Source: a bacterium (lineage in GTDB: Bacteria; Zhuqueibacterota; Zhuqueibacteria; Residuimicrobiales; Krinioviventaceae). Taken from it: a DNA stretch of 64,000 nucleotides. The stretch lies in assembly GCA_963675755.2 (NCBI GenBank), contig CAXXMD010000003.1, forward strand, positions 512,001 to 576,000, written 5' to 3'. Shown piece by piece: positions 41,328-48,784 of this stretch (positions are counted from its first letter, which is position 1; each line of letters begins with the position of its first letter). The position numbers and the translations under genes were made by a program. The notes beneath the pieces were generated by a model. It did not search any database. It worked only from the letters and a program-made list of their open reading frames with translations, and was not told where the DNA came from.

Positions 41328-42731
41328 ATGCAAGATCAAAAGTCTAGTGAAAAAAGGCAGGACAAGGGTCTGTCACGTCGGGAATTTCTCGGCGGTACTG
41401 CTGTTGCAGCAGGAGCCGCGTTTACAATCGTTCCCAGTTCGGTACTGGCCGGTAACGGAAAAACCGCCCCCAGTGACAAGATCAATATCGCCGCAATTGG
41501 CGCCGGAGGTATGGGTGGTGGAAATCTTTCCCGATGTGAAACCGAAAATATAGTTGCCTTGTGTGACGTTGATGATGACCGTGCCGCAAAGAGCTATGAA
41601 AAATATCCCGATGCAGCTCGTTACGCGGATTACCGGGTGATGTTGGATAAACAAAAAGACATCGACGCGGTAATTGTTGCAACTCCAGACCATACGCATG
41701 CACCTGCAGGTATTGCCTGCATGAATCATGGCAAACATGTATATGTACAAAAACCCATGGCACATACGGTTTTTGAAGCACGCAAAATGGCCGAGGTTGC
41801 CAGAGCAAACAATGTAATGACCCAAATGGGTAACCAGGGTCATTCCGGCGAAGGTGTGCGTTTAATGACTGAATGGATCCAGGATGGCGCCATTGGTGAT
41901 GTCCGTAAAGTCGTTGCATGGACCAACAGACCCGTATGGCCGCAAGGCTTGTATCGCCCTTATGAAAAACCCCGCGTTCCCGATACATTGAAATGGGACC
42001 TGTGGTTAGGTTCTGCTCCTGTTCGTCCGTATCACCCCGCATATGTACCCTGGAGCTGGCGCGCATGGTGGGACTTTGGCTGCGGCGCTATTGGAGATAT
42101 GGCTTGCCATGTGCTTGATCCCGTATTTACCGTACTGGAACCGGGATTCCCAACATCTGTTGAAGCTTGTACACCTCAAGTATATGTTGAAAATGGCATC
42201 ATCAAAAACTCGATCGAAGAGTGCGGACCCACATCATCCATCATTCACTATCGTTTCCCCAAACGCAAAAAAATGCCCGCGTTTGAACTGACATGGTACG
42301 ATGGAGGTCTCATGCCGCCCCGTCCGGAAGAACTGGAACCCGGCCGCAGAATGGGTGGCGGCAACAGTGGTGTAATTTTTGAAGGCGACAAGGGCAAAAT
42401 CATGTGTGGTGAATATGGCGACAATCCCCGCATCATTCCCGAATCCAAAATGAAAGAATACAAACAACCCAAACAAACCATTGAGCGTGTTCCTGGTGGC
42501 AGCGGCGGCCATGAACAGGACTGGATCCGTGCCTGTAAAGACGGCAAACCCGCATGCTCAAACTTTGATTACGCCGGCCCCATGACCGAAACCGTACTGC
42601 TGGGCAATGTGGCAATCCGTGCCGGAAACAACCTGCAACTGGAATGGGACGGCCAAAACATGAAAGTGCTGAACCATGACGAAGCCAATCAGTATGTAAA
42701 CAAACAATACAGAGAAGGTTTTGGTATTTAA
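41328..42731 (+). CDS. Gfo/Idh/MocA oxidoreductase with Tat signal
   Basis: SRREFL; GAGGMG, ATPDHTHA, QKPM, GDMACH. Confidence 0.93.
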   Translation: MQDQKSSEKRQDKGLSRREFLGGTAVAAGAAFTIVPSSVLAGNGKTAPSDKINIAAIGAGGMGGGNLSRCETENIVALCDVDDDRAAKSYEKYPDAARYADYRVMLDKQKDIDAVIVATPDHTHAPAGIACMNHGKHVYVQKPMAHTVFEARKMAEVARANNVMTQMGNQGHSGEGVRLMTEWIQDGAIGDVRKVVAWTNRPVWPQGLYRPYEKPRVPDTLKWDLWLGSAPVRPYHPAYVPWSWRAWWDFGCGAIGDMACHVLDPVFTVLEPGFPTSVEACTPQVYVENGIIKNSIEECGPTSSIIHYRFPKRKKMPAFELTWYDGGLMPPRPEELEPGRRMGGGNSGVIFEGDKGKIMCGEYGDNPRIIPESKMKEYKQPKQTIERVPGGSGGHEQDWIRACKDGKPACSNFDYAGPMTETVLLGNVAIRAGNNLQLEWDGQNMKVLNHDEANQYVNKQYREGFGI

Positions 42732-42754
42732 ATCAAAGAATTAAAAATCTACCT

Positions 42755-42787
42755 CCCGCCCAAGCTGTGCTTGGGTGGGATTTTTTT
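42755..42787 (+). terminator. intrinsic terminator (resembles the CTCC-tagged repeat family)
   Basis: tcccgcccaagc-tgt-gcttgggtggga followed by T7. Confidence 0.8.
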
Positions 42788-42894
42788 GGGATTTGCAATA
42801 TCCAACCTACTTGATAATTCTCTCCCCTCCCGACCAAGCTGCAAGACGGTGAAAATAATTATTAAAAATAGAATCGCATTTTTTATTTAAGACG

Positions 42895-43056
42895 TGGAGT
42901 GCATTACTTTTAAGGAATGCGGGCCGGCAAAGACGGCATTAATGTAATTATACTTTTGATCTTACAATAACACTGTAATTACTTTATATTTATTAAAGAG
43001 GTCAAATTTATTTCGGCCCTTTGGCCCGACGCATCGCTTAAACGCGATGCACTCCA
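42895..43056. repeat. TGGAGT double-hairpin REP-like doublet, element A (162 bp)
   Basis: Inverted pair of TGGAGT-stem7-loop6-stem7-G-hairpin units at 42895 (+) and 43013-43056 (-). Confidence 0.8.
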
Positions 43057-43189
43057 AAAACAAAAAAAATTCTAGTACGTATCCCTGACTTAACATCGGG
43101 ATTTTTATCTCCAATTACAATAATCCCGGACACGAGGTCCGGGATACCAACTAATTTCACGATCCGTGACAAAGGGTTACTGGTTTAAG

Positions 43190-43349
43190 TGGAGTACAGT
43201 CCGTTTATGGACTGTGTGTGGATCGCAGATCCACTCATATATTTTACGCCGGTGCTTCAATGCACCCGATATTCACAGATTTCCAGGACGGATGGAGTAA
43301 AGCTTCGGACCTTTCGGTCCGACACATTGCTTAAAAGCAATGTACTCCA
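43190..43349. repeat. TGGAGT double-hairpin REP-like doublet, element B (160 bp)
   Basis: Units at 43190-43234 (+) and 43305-43349 (-). Confidence 0.8.
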
Positions 43350-43364
43350 AGCCCGGGGTTTTTT

Positions 43365-43392
43365 CTCCGTCCCAAATTCCGATTTGGGATGG
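43365..43392. repeat. CTCCGT-tagged palindromic repeat
   Basis: ctccgt-cccaaat-tccg-atttggg-atgg; same pattern as the ends of the 44738 and 44992 units. Confidence 0.7.
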
Positions 43393-43497
43393 AACTATGG
43401 CGAAAAGCTCCGCCTCACAATTTTCTGTAAATCAAACACTTACACAATACACTAAATTCTCCGGGCATAGGTTGTATTATCCACCTGGATTTTTTTA

Positions 43498-44349
43498 TCA
43501 ATCACCCACAAAGGTTGAGGGTAATGTTAATAATTTGTATTGAATCGTTTTTGCTAACCGGTAATTCCCTTTGGAATTCAAGTGCAAACGGTCCGTTTCA
43601 CTGTTCCTGAAATACTGTGTGTGAGAATCGGACAATGGATACAAACCGCTCACGGAGTAAAGATCAATAATGGGGACCGCCCAGTTCAAAGCGGCTTCTT
43701 TGATAGTATTTACATAATCTTCAATGTACAATCCTTGATCGTTACAATAATTTTCTTCGGGTTGAACATTACGATCACTGAATTTTGCAAAACCTCGATG
43801 CAACGGAGTTAAAATTACAACCTGCTGCTCCGGATAATGAGTCTTGAGAAAGGACATCACTTTATTTATGCGTCCGCAAAAAGTAGAATCACTATAAATC
43901 CGTGATCTGTATTTACGGGTTACATTTTGACCATTATGGTTGGTTTGTTTTGTAGTTTCGGTAAAGAATTCACCCATGGGGAGGCTGTGATTGTAATCGT
44001 TAGTACCGGCAAAAATAAAAATAGCATCAACATCAGAGCCTCGTTCATTCTTGAGCTTGACTGCCTGATCATAAATATCATCCCACTGATGCCCGCTTAT
44101 ACCATAAACAAAAGGTTCAATACCCATTAGTGTTTCCAGGTACTCCCAATACACAGTAGAGCCATCGCCTGGCTTTTGTGTCATAGAATCGCCCAGGTAG
44201 GCAACACGTTTTCCATCCCACTGCGAGTTGAGGGATTTCTCTGAATCTTTTATTACTTTTTCAGATACGGATGCATTTTGGCAAAAGCCATAGCTGGAAA
44301 TCAGCAGAGCAAGCAATATGAATCTGGATATAACTTTATTAAACTTCAT
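43498..44349 (-). CDS. SGNH/GDSL esterase (acetyl xylan esterase-like), secreted
   Basis: Blocks GDS, G, GTND, DRLH; signal peptide. Confidence 0.9.
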   Translation of the reverse strand: MKFNKVISRFILLALLISSYGFCQNASVSEKVIKDSEKSLNSQWDGKRVAYLGDSMTQKPGDGSTVYWEYLETLMGIEPFVYGISGHQWDDIYDQAVKLKNERGSDVDAIFIFAGTNDYNHSLPMGEFFTETTKQTNHNGQNVTRKYRSRIYSDSTFCGRINKVMSFLKTHYPEQQVVILTPLHRGFAKFSDRNVQPEENYCNDQGLYIEDYVNTIKEAALNWAVPIIDLYSVSGLYPLSDSHTQYFRNSETDRLHLNSKGNYRLAKTIQYKLLTLPSTFVGD

Positions 44350-44545
44350 AAAGAGTTCCTTTCATCTGTTCAAGCGCAAACATTGTATTTAATAAATCTA
44401 ACAACTTTTTTACAGGACTCGAATCACCCGGTAACATTATTCTTTTGTAAATATATATACATTTTTGTATAAAGAATCAAGGGATTATTAAAGTTGTTAT
44501 TCTCTCTGCTCAGGCTGGTTTGTTGTGTAAAAGCTTTAATCTTTT

Positions 44546-44589
44546 TGGAGTGCGGCGCCTTTATGCGCCGCGTCGGGCCGAAGGTCCGA
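44546..44589 (+). repeat. TGGAGT double-hairpin repeat, solo unit D
   Basis: tggagt-gcggcgc-ctttat-gcgccgc-g-tcgggcc-gaa-ggtccga; similarity to the 57778 copy continues about 30 bp further. Confidence 0.8.
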
Positions 44590-44737
44590 TATAGATTTGA
44601 CGTTATTATCCAATATTTAAAACCTTGATCGCCGTGTGTATTTACGAACGGCGGAACGTATATTACAGGACATGTGTCCTGTATACCTGGCCGCATGTCT
44701 CGTTAATTAATTTCCACCTGCGGCAAACAGGCTCTCC

Positions 44738-44916
44738 CGGCATATATGAACCGAACAATCATGACTCCGTACGAAACTCCCGTTTCGTACGGAAATGAAA
44801 TCATAAACTCTGTTTATGTGTATATTTATCTGCCGAAATGCACTTACCGGTTTCAGTTGTAGGATAAACAGAGTTTATCCGGTCAGTGCCGTCCAAAACC
44901 GGAGTTTTGGACGGAG
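44738..44916. repeat. 179-bp REPIN/MITE-like unit, copy 1
   Basis: Near-identical direct repeat of 44992-45169; inverted CTCCGT hairpins at both ends and inner ataaac-N3-gtttat hairpins. Confidence 0.85.
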
Positions 44917-44921
44917 AACAC

Positions 44922-44950
44922 TTGCCCGGCACCTCGGAGGTGCCGGGCAA
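44922..44950. repeat. GGCACC-N5-GGTGCC hairpin repeat
   Basis: ttgcccggcacc-tcgga-ggtgccgggcaa; degenerate copies at about 45196-45222 and 45965-45995. Confidence 0.7.
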
Positions 44951-44991
44951 ATCAAAATTCTCAATTTCACCAGCGTCGTTCAAGCATATCA

Positions 44992-45169
44992 CGGCACATA
45001 TGAACCGAACAATCATGACTCCGTACGAAACTCCCGTTTCGTACGGAAATGAAATCATAAACTCTGTTTTTGTAATATTTATCTACCAAAATGCACTTAC
45101 CGGTTTTAGTTGTAGGATAAACAGAGTTTATCCGGTCAGTGCCGTCCAAAACCGGAGTTTTGGACGGAG
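44992..45169. repeat. 178-bp REPIN/MITE-like unit, copy 2
   Basis: Direct repeat of 44738-44916 with a few substitutions and a 1-bp indel. Confidence 0.85.
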
Positions 45170-45225
45170 TAAATCAAAAAAACGAATGTTTTTATTTACC
45201 AGGCACCTTGGAAGTGACCAAAAAT

Positions 45226-45942
45226 TTAAAAATTAATACCAACAGACGCATTCCAAGCCGGTCTTTTTTCCCATTGAGTCCCAGATGATTGACGATTTAC
45301 CCATTCGGCTTCTGGAAAATCATTGTTGCCAGTAATTACATAACTCATAACCAAATAATTTAATCCTAAAGAAAATATAAAATTGAAACTATCCATATCA
45401 TAAATACTTTCATAATTAAATGAAAATAAGTGTGACCTTGGATAAAAAGGTGAAAAAAGAAAAAATTGATCGTAATGAAAACTCCCGGCATGAAAAATAT
45501 AGTTTGTTGAAAAACCATAAAAATAATAACCGGTTTCATCAATAGGTAAATAAATTTTTGTGCTAATTGATACAGGAGGGCCGCCAATTAACAAACTTGT
45601 ATTTATATTTTTTCCTTCAAATATTGACCATTCCTTTTCAGCATATAGAGTCAACAAAGGCAAACCCCAACCCCAACCCCATTTTGCGGTATCATTTATT
45701 TTATGAGTGTATTGAAACTGCCCAATTTGGGATGCGAAACCTGAAAAAAAATATGCTTTAGATTTATTTTCTCCCCCCAAATAGCTCATATAAAAAGGGA
45801 TGTTAAAATGACAATAATAGGCGCTATTTCTTCCTGCAAATTTTCCATTTAAATAAGGTTTCTCAATCCCTTCAAAGTCATCTCTGGCAAATAAACAAAT
45901 GGGAATAATAACAAAGAACAATAATTTTTTCATTAATTTCAT
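45226..45942 (-). CDS. hypothetical secreted protein, very AT-rich
   Basis: MKKLLFF signal peptide; aromatic-rich; ends ASVGINF like an outer-membrane beta-barrel. Confidence 0.7.
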   Translation of the reverse strand: MKLMKKLLFFVIIPICLFARDDFEGIEKPYLNGKFAGRNSAYYCHFNIPFYMSYLGGENKSKAYFFSGFASQIGQFQYTHKINDTAKWGWGWGLPLLTLYAEKEWSIFEGKNINTSLLIGGPPVSISTKIYLPIDETGYYFYGFSTNYIFHAGSFHYDQFFLFSPFYPRSHLFSFNYESIYDMDSFNFIFSLGLNYLVMSYVITGNNDFPEAEWVNRQSSGTQWEKRPAWNASVGINF

Positions 45943-46004
45943 CCTAAAAAATAAATACTACTTTCATTCCAGCCACCTTCGTTGTGCCGGGCAAACCAAA
46001 ACCC

Positions 46005-47177
46005 TCAATCTCCTTTACGCCTCTCCAGCATCGCCCGGATTCCCGCTAGCGGCAGTGCCGCACTGGCAAGATAATGCGGTAATTTGTGGGTGTCCCCAAT
46101 GGTCCATTCGCAGGCGCCATGGATTTTAAAATCCGTCACCATATCCACGACAGTCTGTTCGGCAAGGTCCCTATCCACAAGATCGAGTGAGAACACAAAC
46201 CAGCCCACCGGTGTGGCCCAGTAGGCGCCGTTCTGATAGGTATCGGGCTGGGTATGATAAACCGACTGCCAGTACATACCGCCCGGCAGATGGCGCAATT
46301 GTCCCCTGTACACAATCTCGTAATAATGCTGTTTAAAATAAGAAGCAATTTTCAAGGCGGTTTCCGTATCCGCAACGCCAAGGTACACGGCAAAGGCAGA
46401 GCCCCAGATATCGGGCTGCCTGCATGAAAGCGTAGCGGCAGTGTACAATCCTGTTTCCTCATCCCAAAAGACTGCATGAATTTGCGAGATCGTCTCCTGC
46501 GCCTTTCGCTCCCAAACCACTTTTTCGGCAGGATTACCGGCGACCTCTGCCATGTCCGCCATTTGCCGGCAGGCCTGTACATACAACAGCGAGGCAAACA
46601 ACACGTCACCCTGTTTCAATATCGTATCCGTAAATCCATAGGGACACCGGTCATGCCCCTCAGGACGGATGTGCACCAATCCGGTTTCAGGATTCAACGG
46701 CACCGCCTCCATCGTCCGGTCCAGGTCCGCCATGACTTCGCGCACAAATAAAGAGTCCCCGGTCTTTTTCCAGGTATGCCAAACCACATCCACGGTAAAC
46801 TGTGAGCCGTCCGCAACCGGATTCTCTCCCATACTCCCGAATCCCGGCTTGTATATGGGTGTGCCGTCGAACTTTATGCAATCCACGCCCGCGCCATCGT
46901 CACGAATGGATTTTACAAACAACCGTGCCGCGTCAAGCAGTTCCTTGTCAGAGTACGCGTCTATGGCGCCTTCCAGAGTATAGGCATAATCACGCAGCCA
47001 GAACGCTTCGTATCCCAATCCCACCTGGGGAGGAAAAGCCGCGGTCCCGTCCTGCATGGTCCGTTCAGATTCACGAATAATCCGGAAAGCCTCTTTTTCC
47101 AGCCAGTTGACAGATTCCTGAAAATCCGCAGCAAATATATTAATCGCTAAAAATAAAAAGATAGTAATTCGATACAC
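46005..47177 (-). CDS. secreted six-hairpin (alpha/alpha)6 glycoside hydrolase-like protein
   Basis: GTG start at 47177 after AGGAGG; signal peptide; Y.AFWLRDYAY, YGFTDT, FWDEETGLY, YQNGAYW motifs; visibly GC-richer than its neighbours. Confidence 0.75.
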   Translation of the reverse strand: MYRITIFLFLAINIFAADFQESVNWLEKEAFRIIRESERTMQDGTAAFPPQVGLGYEAFWLRDYAYTLEGAIDAYSDKELLDAARLFVKSIRDDGAGVDCIKFDGTPIYKPGFGSMGENPVADGSQFTVDVVWHTWKKTGDSLFVREVMADLDRTMEAVPLNPETGLVHIRPEGHDRCPYGFTDTILKQGDVLFASLLYVQACRQMADMAEVAGNPAEKVVWERKAQETISQIHAVFWDEETGLYTAATLSCRQPDIWGSAFAVYLGVADTETALKIASYFKQHYYEIVYRGQLRHLPGGMYWQSVYHTQPDTYQNGAYWATPVGWFVFSLDLVDRDLAEQTVVDMVTDFKIHGACEWTIGDTHKLPHYLASAALPLAGIRAMLERRKGD

Positions 47178-47227
47178 AAACCCCTCCTGTCTTCGGTCTT
47201 GTATATAAAAATATACGTATCCGCAGG

Positions 47228-47527
47228 CTATATCACAAACAATTTCACCGCCAGTGCTGCGCCCAGCCATATCCCGGACAAAGTAACCGCCCAGGTTGCG
47301 ATTCTGTTCCACAATCCCGTCAACCATTTCCGCTGCAATACCAATCCAACAGACATGACATGAAACGGAACAGGCAGACTCAATATCAATGCGGACAATA
47401 GACCCAATTCAACTGTAACATGAGACACATCAAGCGTTCCCCTGGATGCCTGAAATAAAATTTTCATCAATAGTAAAAATCCCGCAATCACCGTCAAAGA
47501 CGCGGCAGTTCTATATACTTTTATCAA
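47228..47527 (-). CDS. small three-TM membrane protein
   Basis: Three hydrophobic segments; start position uncertain. Confidence 0.6.
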   Translation of the reverse strand: MIKVYRTAASLTVIAGFLLLMKILFQASRGTLDVSHVTVELGLLSALILSLPVPFHVMSVGLVLQRKWLTGLWNRIATWAVTLSGIWLGAALAVKLFVI

Positions 47528-47704
47528 AAAAAATCCTGTTTTTATCTACTATAATATAATCTATGAATTGTATATAAAAAGTGATAAAATCATTAACACT
47601 TTTCGAAAACTGAATTTAATATACACAAATAGTGGTAAAAACAAAACGTATATACAAAGGACTTGAACATGTGCCATGAAATACGACTAGAAAAGTTGGT
47701 AAAA

Positions 47705-48646
47705 TTAAAACAAGAAAACCAGATAAACACAATAGCTGCTTACGAGCAAAAAGCCTTCAATTCGGTTAATTGACAACCCCGTCCTCATGATCGGCAGCAC
47801 AGCTAATGATAACAAAAGCATTACTCCGGCATTGACAAAGTTCATATCATTCACCCTGATTGGCGAAATGGTTGCGGAAATACCAAGAATGCCAATAATA
47901 TTGAAAATATTTGATCCAACAATATTACCTATTGCAATATCCGTTTTCTTTCGTAATGCAGCAACAACAGACGTTGCCAGTTCAGGAAGACTCGTTCCCG
48001 CGGCAACTATAGTCAAACCAATAATACTCTCACCTACACCCAATGCACGTGCAATCTGTACAGAACTTTTTACCAACAACTCTGCACCTGTTACCAAAAC
48101 AGCAAGACTGGTAATAATAAAAATCAATTCCAGATATATATTTTTGAAAAATTTTGCCCAAAAAGTCAAATCAGTTTCTACAAGGTTTTGATCATTTGAT
48201 GATTTTCGTGCCATAAAAATATTAAAAGATAAATACGCTATTAAAAGCACAATAAAAAAGATTCCTTCAATCCGTTCGAATTTTTGGTCCCAAAATAAAA
48301 GACAAAACAAAACTGTTAACACAATCATGACGGGTGTATCAATCTTTATCAATTTAATATGGACCTTTAGTGGAAAAACCATAGCAGAAACACCCAAAAT
48401 CACCGCTATATTAAAAATATTGGATCCAACAACATTCCCAACCGCAATCCCGCCTTGTCCTGCCAGAGCCGTTTTTATACTTACAATCAATTCGGGCGCA
48501 CTGGTACCAAACGCAACAACTGTTAGCCCAATAACCAGAGGTGACACACGAAAACGTCTGGCTAATGACGAGCTGCTCTGTACAAAGACTTCAGCTCCCG
48601 CAAGTAAAAATAACACACCCGTAATAAAAACAAAAAGTGTAATCAT
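47705..48646 (-). CDS. calcium/sodium antiporter (CaCA, YrbG-like)
   Basis: Two alpha repeats: GTSAPEL/GNVVGSNIFN and GTSLPEL/GNIVGSNIFN. Confidence 0.93.
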   Translation of the reverse strand: MITLFVFITGVLFLLAGAEVFVQSSSSLARRFRVSPLVIGLTVVAFGTSAPELIVSIKTALAGQGGIAVGNVVGSNIFNIAVILGVSAMVFPLKVHIKLIKIDTPVMIVLTVLFCLLFWDQKFERIEGIFFIVLLIAYLSFNIFMARKSSNDQNLVETDLTFWAKFFKNIYLELIFIITSLAVLVTGAELLVKSSVQIARALGVGESIIGLTIVAAGTSLPELATSVVAALRKKTDIAIGNIVGSNIFNIIGILGISATISPIRVNDMNFVNAGVMLLLSLAVLPIMRTGLSINRIEGFLLVSSYCVYLVFLF

Positions 48647-48784
48647 GTTTTTATTTTTCCAAATAATTATTAAATTGCATTTATGGGTTTATTTACATAT
48701 TATTTTAAATCCATGCAACTAATTTTTGGTATTTTTTTTGCTATTCGTATACTATATTTATCATTTTTTTTAAAAGAGGCAGCA

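Noticed and set aside
42895-45169. Possible CRISPR array or tRNA genes among the palindromic repeats
   Set aside because: The repeats are inverted, irregularly spaced and variable in sequence. There is no constant repeat-spacer period, no cas gene and no cloverleaf or T-loop consensus.
43189-45236. Short ORFs at 43189, 43340, 44424, 44801, 44816, 44886 and 44967 (also 56894, 57746, 59555, 59566)
   Set aside because: They run through palindromic repeats and lack RBS or protein-like features. Only the last codons of 44967-45149 are informative, as the gene-tail remnant.
47178-47327. N-terminal extension of the glycosidase ORF in the track (likewise the 5298, 16159, 20433, 21563 and 48683 starts)
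   Set aside because: The extensions overlap neighbouring genes, promoters or terminators; downstream starts fit RBS position, signal peptide or domain boundary better.
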